Assembly: GCA_040268405.1 (NCBI GenBank)
Contig: JAWRIR010000142.1
Location: 478 to 64,477, forward strand
Reading direction: 5' to 3'
Source of the DNA: Thermoproteota archaeon
GTDB taxonomy: Archaea > Thermoproteota > Bathyarchaeia > Bathyarchaeales > Bathycorpusculaceae
DNA: 64,000 nucleotides
In this document: positions 51,106 through 59,687 of the stretch, piece by piece
Layout of the letters: every line of letters begins with the position of its first letter
Position numbering within the stretch: position 1 is the first letter of the stretch
Program-made: the position numbers and the translations under genes
The notes under the pieces: generated by a model
Databases searched by the model: none
Told to the model about the DNA's origin: nothing
The model's input: only the letters and a program-made list of their open reading frames with translations

Positions 51106-51486
51106 TTAAGTTTGTAGGTGCTTTTTTAGGTCTGTTTCGAAGCGGTCAATTAGGGTGTTTAGGCTGTCGGTGATTTCTTTTACGCGGGCTTTTGCGTGTT
51201 CTTTGATTAGGTCTGGTTCAACCATGCTGTATGCGTGGTAGTATCCGCCGCCTTTGAGGGTTTTTGACTGTTTTACAACGAGGTTTGCTGTTATGAGTTT
51301 GGCGAGGCAGCGGTGTACGGAGCTTCGGTCGCGTTGTACGGTGGTTGCGATTTGGTCTAGGGTGGCTTGGGGGTTTTTTGCGACGGCTTGGAGGGTTTCG
51401 AGGTCTATTGGTTTTAGGTTGTAGAGGCAGGTTAGGAGGTCTTGGCATGTGGCGCCTTTTTTTGATAGTAGTTGTATGCTGTCCAT
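51106..51486 (-). CDS. TrmB-like/COG3355 winged-helix regulator
   Basis: TLDQIATTVQRDRSSVHRCLAKLITANLV...GGYYHAY. Confidence 0.85.
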   Translation of the reverse strand: MDSIQLLSKKGATCQDLLTCLYNLKPIDLETLQAVAKNPQATLDQIATTVQRDRSSVHRCLAKLITANLVVKQSKTLKGGGYYHAYSMVEPDLIKEHAKARVKEITDSLNTLIDRFETDLKKHLQT

Positions 51487-51521
51487 GGTTGTATATGTGT
51501 GTGTTCAAGTATTTAAGTCTT

Positions 51522-51558
51522 GCACGGTTTTGACAATACCGTAAAATATATACCGTGC
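51522..51558. promoter_or_regulatory. Candidate operator in a divergent promoter
   Basis: GCACGGT(51522)...ACCGTGC(51552) inverted pair; inner ACGGT-N9-ACCGT; TACCGT direct repeat 14 bp apart. Confidence 0.45.
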
Positions 51559-51597
51559 GGACACCATTACATAAGTATAAAGGAAGTGCAAACAAAC

Positions 51598-51702
51598 ATG
51601 CAAAACCTTGAATGCCCATACGGCATACCCGACGACCAATGTTGCCAACGAGACACCTGCAAAACATACGTATTAAGAAAAAAAGCTCAAAAACAAGCTT
51701 AA
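51598..51702 (+). CDS. 34-aa Cys4 micro-protein
   Basis: MQNLECPYGIPDDQCCQRDTCKTYVLRKKAQKQA*; SD-like GGAAGTG upstream. Confidence 0.5.
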   Translation: MQNLECPYGIPDDQCCQRDTCKTYVLRKKAQKQA

Positions 51703-51715
51703 ACAGGTAATACGC

Positions 51716-52183
51716 TTGACAACATACGAAAAAGTCCAAGCATCCAAACCCCAACTTTTAAGCGGAAACCTGCTCGCCTTAGCATGGATTCTACTGGGAA
51801 CCTTTGGCTGCTGGCTAATTAACCCCCTTTACGGTTGGCTCTTTCTAGGATTCTCAGCATTTGTAACCTACGGCATCCTCCGAAGAATGACCTGCAGCTC
51901 ATGCTACTACTGTAAATCATGTACCAAAGGAATGGCCAAACTTTCTCTGCTGTTTCTTGGAGCAAACCACATCCCAGGAATGAGAAAAGGCACAATCCTC
52001 GCAATGGACACCACAATCTACGTCGTGTTAACGTTGATTCCAGGTTGGCTACTTACATCATCGTTGCTTGCAGAGTATGACTTACTAAAACTCGTAGTGC
52101 TAGGCGGCTTAGCGGGGGTTTCCATAATTGCCTTAATAGGTTTAGTGTACCACCTTACGGTAAAACCGAAAACTAAAGTGTAA
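51716..52183 (+). CDS. Four-TM membrane protein with CxxCxxCxxC motif
   Basis: RRMTCSSCYYCKSCTKG between TM pairs. Confidence 0.75.
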   Translation: MTTYEKVQASKPQLLSGNLLALAWILLGTFGCWLINPLYGWLFLGFSAFVTYGILRRMTCSSCYYCKSCTKGMAKLSLLFLGANHIPGMRKGTILAMDTTIYVVLTLIPGWLLTSSLLAEYDLLKLVVLGGLAGVSIIALIGLVYHLTVKPKTKV

Positions 52184-52188
52184 AAATA

Positions 52189-52386
52189 ATGCACAAAGCC
52201 TACATTGAACCCGACAAATGCATACGTTGTCCAATCTGTGGTGCAGCAAGAGCCTGCCCGCCCAAAGCCATTTTCCGCATAGACACTGACGACCCAAACT
52301 TTGTAGAGCCCGACCTTTGCCATGGTTGCGGCGATTGTATGTCTAAATGTCCTGGCAAAGCAATCGTTTTAAAAACTGAAACTTAA
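52189..52386 (+). CDS. 2x[4Fe-4S] dicluster ferredoxin
   Basis: CIRCPICGAARACP and CHGCGDCMSKCP. Confidence 0.92.
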   Translation: MHKAYIEPDKCIRCPICGAARACPPKAIFRIDTDDPNFVEPDLCHGCGDCMSKCPGKAIVLKTET

Positions 52387-52492
52387 CATTTTTATCTCTT
52401 TTATTTTGGCTTATCTGTGGTACAACTATCTTTTACCTTTTTTGAAAAGCAAAAATTATTATGGATTCAAAAGTATTTTCTATAGAAAAATA

Positions 52493-53395
52493 ATGTTAAC
52501 GTGTAAGGGAACAGTTGTCACCATGCTTCTCGTGATAGCTATAGCGCTATTTGCTGTTGGCAACAGTGTAGCTGCCGTATCTGAGTTTCAGGTAGCTTCA
52601 ACCAGTTTACACGTTTTCAGAGACGGTTTAATACATGTTAGTCAAACGATAACTGTTGATGAATTAGCATCCTCGGTAACATTGGAGCTTTTGACTGATT
52701 CAGTTGAAAACGTGTTGATTCTTGATAATGACAAGTTACCTGTTGATTTCACTATTGAAGGTTCAAACATAACGATACTTTCCTTGGGAGAGCAACAAGT
52801 TAGCATTGAATATGATACAATGGCGCTGACGAATAAAGATGCACAAACATGGACTCTGTTGACTAAAAGTTCTTGCGAGTTGATGGTTTCTTTGCCTCCG
52901 AATGCTACACTGTTTTATTTGAGCCAAATGCCTTCAGCCATAAACATTGTTGACAGCGAAATCAGGTTAACTCTTCCTCCGGGCAACTGGGAAGTAAGCT
53001 ACACCTTGCCTTTGGTCACGCAGGAAAGCGAAAACCACCAAGACACCAGCGGAACAACCGGCACCACAGCATCCTTTGACCCACTTATCATTCTTTCAAT
53101 AATAGCTGTTGCCATTGCAGTGGCGGGTGTTTCGGCATTAATGTTTGTTAAACGTACCAAAAAACCGAATATGAAAAAAGTGCTCAAGACCAATCCGCAA
53201 CTTGCTCCAGATGACCAAAAAATCATCGAGTTTTTAATTGAAAAAGGCGGAACCGCTTTCGAGGCAGAGATTCGTGAAAGATTCCCCGATATGCCCCGAA
53301 CAAGTTTGTGGCGACTTGTAAGAAGACTTGAAAGATTAGACCTCGTAGAAATAACCAAGATCGGTTTAGAAAATCAAGTAAAACTTAAAAAATAA
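52493..53395 (+). CDS. Membrane-spanning regulator: extracellular beta domain, TM, cytoplasmic wHTH (COG2512-like)
   Basis: Signal/TM; beta-rich ectodomain; TM; LAPDDQKIIEFLIEKGGTAFEAEIRERF...SLWRLVRRLERLDLVEI. Confidence 0.85.
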   Translation: MLTCKGTVVTMLLVIAIALFAVGNSVAAVSEFQVASTSLHVFRDGLIHVSQTITVDELASSVTLELLTDSVENVLILDNDKLPVDFTIEGSNITILSLGEQQVSIEYDTMALTNKDAQTWTLLTKSSCELMVSLPPNATLFYLSQMPSAINIVDSEIRLTLPPGNWEVSYTLPLVTQESENHQDTSGTTGTTASFDPLIILSIIAVAIAVAGVSALMFVKRTKKPNMKKVLKTNPQLAPDDQKIIEFLIEKGGTAFEAEIRERFPDMPRTSLWRLVRRLERLDLVEITKIGLENQVKLKK

Positions 53396-53400
53396 AAAAG

Positions 53401-54492
53401 TTATTTGCCGCCTTTTGTACTGTTGCCGTTATCTTGGCCTGACCCTGAATCTGAACCGCCGTTGCTGTTGTTGCCGCCAGTTGGTGCAGGCGAAGCTGAT
53501 GATGACGGGCTTGGACTGTTTGAACCACTGCCGCCGGTTGCTTCAGGCGCGTGGGTTGTTGTTCCTCCTTGATGGATTATTTCTTGGTTTAGTGCTTGGT
53601 CGGTGTTTTGTATCAAACTGTTCAAATCGTTAAGGTTGGCAAGTTTATTTTGGAAGTCTCCGGGTTGATTGATGGCTTCTTGGATTCGGTGTTGTAGTTC
53701 TGCAATGTAGGCTGACTCGTTTTTGTAACCCATTGACTGCAAGAAACCGTCAACATCTACTCCTTGAGAGTGTCCATACTGGAATCTTTCCTGAACCATC
53801 GCCATCAGGTTATTGCAGTAATTGTTAAGTCTCCAAGAATCCAACGCTTCACCTTGCATCTTCAGGTTCTGATACGCCTGAGATAGCAAAGCGTTTCCTT
53901 GCTCCATATTGGCAAGTGCTTGTGTGATTTGTTCTTGTGTAGCTAACTGATTTAATGAGTTAATGTTGAAGCAGTTTTCTGCCTGGTTAAGCAGTTCAAG
54001 AGTGCTGGTTTCGTTGCTGGCGACAACTGTTTTTAACCAACTGATTCTTTCTCGTGCACGAACGTTTGCTTCAAGCAACCCTTGAGCATCCGCTTCGTTA
54101 GCAGGTTGAGGGTTACAAATGCCTAAAATTGAATTCATTGACTTATTTACCGTCTTGAAAGTGCTTAGTGCTTGTATCAAACTTGATTGTGCACCTTTGT
54201 AGTCGCCTGAAGCAAATTGGGTTTCTGCATGGGTCAAGTTTTCAGAACCATTCGTATATAATGAAACATTGCCTTCAAACGAGATAAGCAACCCGTAATT
54301 TTCCATTTTTTGGAGAGTTGTTTCGTTTGCTGAAATCTGGTTGATTAAGTCCTCAAGTTGGTTTCTGGTTTGCTTTGTTAGTGTGAGCAGGGTTTGGGTT
54401 GAATCTTGGTTTTGTGCTTGGGCAAAAAAGTTTGCACTAACCATTACGACCATGATGGTTATGAGGGCAAGTGCAAACAGTTTGCGTTTCAT
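53401..54492 (-). CDS. Secreted alpha-helical protein with Gly/Ser/Asn-rich tail
   Basis: Signal peptide MKRKLFALALITIMVVMVSANFFAQA; helical Q/L/E-rich body; no TM anchor. Confidence 0.8.
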   Translation of the reverse strand: MKRKLFALALITIMVVMVSANFFAQAQNQDSTQTLLTLTKQTRNQLEDLINQISANETTLQKMENYGLLISFEGNVSLYTNGSENLTHAETQFASGDYKGAQSSLIQALSTFKTVNKSMNSILGICNPQPANEADAQGLLEANVRARERISWLKTVVASNETSTLELLNQAENCFNINSLNQLATQEQITQALANMEQGNALLSQAYQNLKMQGEALDSWRLNNYCNNLMAMVQERFQYGHSQGVDVDGFLQSMGYKNESAYIAELQHRIQEAINQPGDFQNKLANLNDLNSLIQNTDQALNQEIIHQGGTTTHAPEATGGSGSNSPSPSSSASPAPTGGNNSNGGSDSGSGQDNGNSTKGGK

Positions 54493-54528
54493 AGTAGGAA
54501 CCTTACTGTACAATAGGTGTGGTTGCAG

Positions 54529-54657
54529 TTAAGGAACACTGCTGAAACGAGCGTTTCAACACAAAAACAGGCGCCAAAACAACTTGTACCCAACTTAAAA
54601 TGGTTCGTGAAAAAAGCGTTCCTAAAAATGAAACGATTTTTGCAAAGTGTCCCTTAA
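54529..54657. promoter_or_regulatory. Divergent promoter with three TGAAACG-N2-CGTTTCA boxes
   Basis: Perfect box 54543-54558; degenerate boxes at 54608 and 54629; TGTTCCTTAA (minus, 54538) and TGTCCCTTAA (54648). Confidence 0.75.
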
Positions 54658-54694
54658 CTCACTTGAATGCTACGTCTTTTTTGAGGTAAAACAA

Positions 54695-54910
54695 ATGAAC
54701 ACAAAAACAAAAAGCATCATATTGCTAAGCGTCGTCTTAGTTGCTGCCTGTGCAATGATACTTACAGCCCCAGTTGCAGCTGCAGACTGCACCAAAGATC
54801 AAGTCAAAGACCAGACAAAAGATCAGTTAAAAGACCAAACCTGCACGCCTGACTGCATCCAAGACCAAACTAAACTCCAAACAAAACTTCAACTCAAAGA
54901 TTGCCTTTAA
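54695..54910 (+). CDS. Small secreted Cys/Asp/Gln-rich protein with KDQx repeats
   Basis: Signal peptide, then DCT-KDQV-KDQT-KDQL-KDQT-CTPDCIQDQTKLQTKLQLKDCL; SD GAGGT. Confidence 0.8.
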   Translation: MNTKTKSIILLSVVLVAACAMILTAPVAAADCTKDQVKDQTKDQLKDQTCTPDCIQDQTKLQTKLQLKDCL

Positions 54911-54950
54911 CGGAAACCTTCTCTCAACCCCTTTTTCCTTTTTTTCTCTT

Positions 54951-55000
54951 TGAAACGACCGTTTCACCCTTTGAACTGGTTTTCTCATAATGTCCCTTAA
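54951..55000 (+). promoter_or_regulatory. Second copy of the box-box-TGTCCCTTAA promoter
   Basis: TGAAACGACCGTTTCA at 54951; degenerate TGAACTGGTTTTCTCA at 54972 (+21); TGTCCCTTAA at 54991 (+40). Confidence 0.75.
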
Positions 55001-55037
55001 TTCAGAGAGTCGCATGTATTACGATAGTGATTTAATC

Positions 55038-55979
55038 ATGAATAACCAAAATTGGAAAAAAATTTCAGCAATCCTTGTAGCTGTTTTAGTCTTTGCATCT
55101 TTAACCGCATTTACTAATGCAGCTATTGCCCAAAATAATGGAAACAGCCCAACGCCCTCGGGAGGCAACGGGTCACCTGAACCCTCACAAACACAAACTA
55201 ACAATAGCCAAGGCAACAACTCAACTACACCTTCAACTAATCAAAATTCAAATTCTACAAGCACTCAAAACAGTACACAAACAAGCACTTCAAACAGTAC
55301 ATCAAGTGGTTCGATTCAATCTGGTCCTATGATGCCTGGCGGTTTGTCAGCAAACGCAGAAATGCGTAACAAAACCGATGTGACACCAAAAGCAGACATG
55401 GAACAGGTACGAGCCGGCGAACCAATGTTGCTGCGCTACAGAAACATGACAATGCTGATGAACTGCACAGCTAACTGCAGCGTAGTAGTAACAGCAGATG
55501 AGAAGGTTACACCCAAAATTCTTGGTCTATCAATAGATGGTCAGGAGAACCTTACGGTTGCAATGAACATGTATGGGTCACCTCTTCAGGGTGAAATGGT
55601 TATGGAACGCACCTTGAACTTCTACTTAGGTATTGAACCTAACAATCAGGAACAACTGCGAGGTCAAATTCGCTTGTACATTAACCAGACAGGACTTCAA
55701 CAAGAACTTAACCGGGAAGTTAACGCTTCACGATTAACTTGGATGTTCTGGAACACAACCTCTGCACAATGGCAAGCAGTTCCAAGCTTCATCGACGCAG
55801 ACGGATACTTAGTATGCAACACAGATCACTTCTCAACATGGACCGTTTCAGAAATAGAACAAACAACAGTGCCAGCTGAAAACCTGTTTGACGCTAACAT
55901 GACATACATTGCTGTAGGCGTAGTTGTTGCAGTCATAGCCCTCGTAGCAGTAGTAACTGTTCTTAAAAAGAAAAAATAA
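55038..55979 (+). CDS. Cell-surface protein with Ser/Thr/Asn/Gln-rich N-region and C-terminal TM anchor
   Basis: Signal peptide; low-complexity region; CNTDHFSTW; TM plus KKKK tail. Confidence 0.82.
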   Translation: MNNQNWKKISAILVAVLVFASLTAFTNAAIAQNNGNSPTPSGGNGSPEPSQTQTNNSQGNNSTTPSTNQNSNSTSTQNSTQTSTSNSTSSGSIQSGPMMPGGLSANAEMRNKTDVTPKADMEQVRAGEPMLLRYRNMTMLMNCTANCSVVVTADEKVTPKILGLSIDGQENLTVAMNMYGSPLQGEMVMERTLNFYLGIEPNNQEQLRGQIRLYINQTGLQQELNREVNASRLTWMFWNTTSAQWQAVPSFIDADGYLVCNTDHFSTWTVSEIEQTTVPAENLFDANMTYIAVGVVVAVIALVAVVTVLKKKK

Positions 55980-56000
55980 AAACACTTTTTCTTTTTTTGT

Positions 56001-57836
56001 TTATTCGTTTTTGATTGTTAATTTTTTTAAGCCAAAAGCTAAAGCATCTGCTCCAACCGCTGTGAAAAGCCTAAAGGTGTTCCATAATTTTTTGGCACTT
56101 AAATTCTGTGAGAACGCCAAGGCCACTCTTGTTAGAATGTGTGTATTGGCTGGTTCACTTAACCATTTCAGGTCAACTTCCAGAGTAATGGTTGAATCTG
56201 CTTGTTTTCCCTTAATGACCCGTATGTATTCGACACTGGTTTTGTTGGTTTTGAAGATGAAACTGGTTGTTGTGTCTTCCAGTTTTAGGGTGCACTGGAT
56301 TGTTTGTGGACCTAATAATCGTAGGAAACGTCTCATTTCCAGTATGTTGTGTACTCCAACTTCTCGTGTGTATGCTTCGACTCGTGGGTCCGCGTAGGCT
56401 TCAAGAAATGTTGCTATGTGCTTCTCAAAATTGTCTTTCTGCAGGGTTGTGCCGTTGTTAGTCATGAATCCAAGGTTGATTACTCTTTCTTGAGCGAAAT
56501 CTATCAGGGTCTTTTTTTGTTTGGTTCTCGATTGAACGACTGTTTCGTGGTCAAAGAAGGTGTCGATGTTCCAGAATTTAGCCATACAGTAGGTTGCCAT
56601 TTCTTCAATTCGTTCTTTTGTCAAATACTTTGTTGTGTAAACTGAGTGCATTTCATCAAAATTGTCCCAGTTAGTCTCAAAAATCAGTCCCTGCGCATCC
56701 ATGTCTTTGTAAAAGTCTGTAGCTGGAAAAGGTGTGGCAATGCCAAAGGCGGCTCCTGTTAAACCAATCTCTTTAGCGTAGACTGGGAAAGTTTTGATTT
56801 CTTCTTCGGTTTGATCTGGCAAACCAATGACGAATGTTCCGCCTGCTCTGCCGCCGTTTTCACGAATGTTCTTGACTGCTTGACCGTGAACTTTGCTGGT
56901 TATGCCTTTCTTTGTTGCCTGTAAATCCTTGGCGTTTGGACTTTCGATACCCATCTCAAACCGGCGTATGCCAACTTTGCACATCTTCTTCACGATTTCT
57001 GGATTAGCTGCCATGGCGTCTGCCCTAACGAGCGCACAAAACTCCATGTTCAAGTCGTGTTCCATCATTAAGTCGCAGAGACGGCTAACCTGTTTAGGGT
57101 TGCCCATAAAGTGCGGGTCGGCGAACATGACGTTTACTGGTTTTCTGTTGTGATACTCTGACATTTCCAGAAGTTCTTTCATGACGTTTTCTGGTGTTCG
57201 TGTTCGTAGGCAGCCTTGACTCATGCTTGGTTCGCAGCAGAAACTGCATAAGCCATTGCAGCCTCTGTACATTGTTATTACGTCGCAATCTGTTACTCGG
57301 TCTTGACTCTTGTAAGGATAAAGTCTCAAGTTTCGGGCGGGAAAGGGCAGAGCATCCAAGTCTGCAATTGGTTTTCTGTCCTGATTGTGAATTATTTTCC
57401 CGTTTCGTTGATAAGAGACGCCTAAAACATCTTCGAAGGTGCCTTTTTCAATAATCTCTTTCATGGTTGCCTCGCCTTCTCCGCGGACTACTGCGTCGAT
57501 TTGAGGGTGAGAAAGCATCATATCGGGAAGGGCTGTTGGGTGATATCCGCCGACTATTGTGGGTAAATTGTTTTGTTTGGCAATTTTTGCAAGTCGTAAT
57601 CCTTGGTTGTGTTCGGTGGCGGAAAGGCTGAAGCCGACGAGGTCGGGTTTGTAACTGTTAATTATGTTTTGGAATGTTCTGTTGTCAAGTTCAAGGTCAA
57701 CAATGTTGACTTGGTCAACTGCATCTTTTATGTAAGCTGCAATGTATTCTAAACCGATAGGTATCAAATCGAAGGAGAAACTCAAGCCTTTTCTTCCAGC
57801 TGGTTTCACCAGTAAGATTCTTTTGAACGGCAACAT
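56001..57836 (-). CDS. Cobalamin-binding radical SAM protein with C-terminal extension
   Basis: B12-binding N-domain (GLEYIAA, VGGYHPT, VVRGEGE); CNGLCSFC; FVIGLP. Confidence 0.92.
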   Translation of the reverse strand: MLPFKRILLVKPAGRKGLSFSFDLIPIGLEYIAAYIKDAVDQVNIVDLELDNRTFQNIINSYKPDLVGFSLSATEHNQGLRLAKIAKQNNLPTIVGGYHPTALPDMMLSHPQIDAVVRGEGEATMKEIIEKGTFEDVLGVSYQRNGKIIHNQDRKPIADLDALPFPARNLRLYPYKSQDRVTDCDVITMYRGCNGLCSFCCEPSMSQGCLRTRTPENVMKELLEMSEYHNRKPVNVMFADPHFMGNPKQVSRLCDLMMEHDLNMEFCALVRADAMAANPEIVKKMCKVGIRRFEMGIESPNAKDLQATKKGITSKVHGQAVKNIRENGGRAGGTFVIGLPDQTEEEIKTFPVYAKEIGLTGAAFGIATPFPATDFYKDMDAQGLIFETNWDNFDEMHSVYTTKYLTKERIEEMATYCMAKFWNIDTFFDHETVVQSRTKQKKTLIDFAQERVINLGFMTNNGTTLQKDNFEKHIATFLEAYADPRVEAYTREVGVHNILEMRRFLRLLGPQTIQCTLKLEDTTTSFIFKTNKTSVEYIRVIKGKQADSTITLEVDLKWLSEPANTHILTRVALAFSQNLSAKKLWNTFRLFTAVGADALAFGLKKLTIKNE

Positions 57837-58023
57837 GAAACACCAAAGAATATCTCCCCGTCAACGTCAACAATACATAAAAATCAATCGTGACCATGAC
57901 GCTTTTTAGTGATGGAGAATATGCCCACTTGAAAGATTTTTATGATTCCGAAAAAACCAAGAAAGATTGCTTGCGGACTATTTGGGTACAGATTAAATAT
58001 CTAAAGCGCGTTACGTTTTGTTT

Positions 58024-58884
58024 ATGGGGTACCAGCCTCGAAGGACGCCTAAACGGGCGATTCACGAATACAAAAAATCTTTTCGTGAAAAAATCAAAAC
58101 AACCAAACGTCAAAACAGACGTTCCGCCGAGCAAATCCAAGAAGAAAAACCTGCCCCAACCGAGCAACAAATTTTTGAAGCAACAATTAAACGCCTGCAC
58201 ACGTTAGGAACCCAAAAGTTTGGGTCTTCCCCGTTTAGTGACCATTTCGACCGTTGGCTACTCACAGTGGAAACTGTTCTTGATGAGTTTGAAGCTTACC
58301 CAGACATGAACGTGGATGAACAGTTCGCAAGGGAACGCGGTCAAGCACTTGCGACTGTGAAGTTGCAGCTTGAAAACCGTCGACGCAGAGAAGCACGGCT
58401 TGAAGAACAAATAAACAGCCTCTCAAACGCCAAAAGCCGTCTCCAACAAGTAAACAACGAATACTTAACCAAACTAACCGCCCTTAAAGGTCAAAAAGCC
58501 GCTGCAATCAAACGGTTAAACAAAGAAATAGTTGCCCTAAAAAAAGAGCAAGACCGAATAATCAAACTTAAAACCGGTTTCTTTAGAGGCCTTTCCAAGA
58601 AGGTGCGGGAACAGAAAGAAATTGAGGCTGTTCAGCAGTTAAGTGATAAACAGCAAGAGCTGGAAGTTATTGTTCTTAATTTTCGTGAACTGCAGAAGCA
58701 GCTACGGGAAGAGTTTGAACGCAAACGTGAACCCGTGTTCGACGAGGTCAAGGTTTTCCAGAAACGCGTAAAAGAAATGGACGAAGATGCATCGCTGGAG
58801 GAGAGGTGGTTTGCCTGTGAAGCCTTGATTGATGCAGTGAACGGCTTTTTGCAGAGAAAAGTCACCAAACCGCTTAACCCTTAA
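58024..58884 (+). CDS. Coiled-coil hypothetical protein
   Basis: Long heptad, charged region; ORF length supports coding. Confidence 0.7.
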   Translation: MGYQPRRTPKRAIHEYKKSFREKIKTTKRQNRRSAEQIQEEKPAPTEQQIFEATIKRLHTLGTQKFGSSPFSDHFDRWLLTVETVLDEFEAYPDMNVDEQFARERGQALATVKLQLENRRRREARLEEQINSLSNAKSRLQQVNNEYLTKLTALKGQKAAAIKRLNKEIVALKKEQDRIIKLKTGFFRGLSKKVREQKEIEAVQQLSDKQQELEVIVLNFRELQKQLREEFERKREPVFDEVKVFQKRVKEMDEDASLEERWFACEALIDAVNGFLQRKVTKPLNP

Positions 58885-58891
58885 AGACAGG

Positions 58892-59092
58892 TTAGGTTTC
58901 GTCGTCAAAAATGAATAGGTCATCAAGTGTGGTGTGGAGGGCTTTTGCTATGTCGTGTGCGAGTTTGATTGAGGGGTTGTATTCGCCTTTTTCTATGAAG
59001 AGGATTGTTTCTCTTCTGACGCCGACTTGTCGAGCTAGGTCTTCTTGTGTTAGGTCGTAGCGTGCCCTGAGTTCTTTGATTTTAGTTTTCAA
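58892..59092 (-). CDS. XRE-family HTH regulator (COG1476-like)
   Basis: [40 protein letters not shown]. Confidence 0.93.
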   Translation of the reverse strand: MKTKIKELRARYDLTQEDLARQVGVRRETILFIEKGEYNPSIKLAHDIAKALHTTLDDLFIFDDET

Positions 59093-59496
59093 GCTGTTCT
59101 CTTCCGCGACAAGTAAATGTAGGATAATGCAAATACTAAGCCACTGATAAGTACAACTGCGCCGGAAACGTAGTCTGTCGGCATTTCATAGTCAAAGATT
59201 ATTGCTGTGAAGAGGGGGGCAAAGACTGCGCTCCAGATGGCGACGATGAATGCGTAGTAGCCTGCTTGGTAGGTTATGTTTTTTGTTCTTTCGTCGCCTA
59301 TTGGGAGTCCTTTTGAGGCGTTTCTTCTCATGTCGCTTAGTATGTAGAGGGCGAAGACTACGAGGATTATTATGACGATAAGTGAGGCGATTTCTCCGTA
59401 GAGTATTGTGCTTGAGAATAGACTGTAGGTTGCTGTGGTTATGAGGACTAATGCGACAACCAAGAATCCGAGGGCTATTAGGAGTTTTGATTTCAT
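59089..59496 (-). CDS. DUF2178-like membrane protein
   Basis: Four TM helices with DERTKNI..QAG motif; coupled to the XRE gene. Confidence 0.8.
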   Translation of the reverse strand: MKSKLLIALGFLVVALVLITTATYSLFSSTILYGEIASLIVIIILVVFALYILSDMRRNASKGLPIGDERTKNITYQAGYYAFIVAIWSAVFAPLFTAIIFDYEMPTDYVSGAVVLISGLVFALSYIYLSRKRTA

Positions 59497-59534
59497 GTTT
59501 TTGTCTCCTCAAATGGAGTTATTTTTATCACACA

Positions 59535-59553
59535 TTATGTTAGATAAACATAA
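59535..59553. promoter_or_regulatory. Candidate XRE operator
   Basis: TTATGTT-AGATA-AACATAA inverted repeat upstream of the DUF2178/XRE pair. Confidence 0.5.
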
Positions 59554-59687
59554 CATTTTATTTAAGCTTTACCAACAACCAACCAAACACTCTGCAAAGA
59601 TTTGAGAGAGATTTGGGTATAATCCTGTAAAATCTATTTAATCTATATAGCAACAAATTTTTTCAAAAAGCAAAAGGTTGATTCAGA

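Noticed and set aside
51218-51754. 178-aa minus ORF
   Set aside because: Overlaps the real wHTH gene in another frame plus its promoter; low-complexity Arg/Pro translation.
57890-58207. 105-aa plus ORF
   Set aside because: Overlaps the better-supported 58024..58884 coiled-coil ORF in a different frame; no recognisable features.
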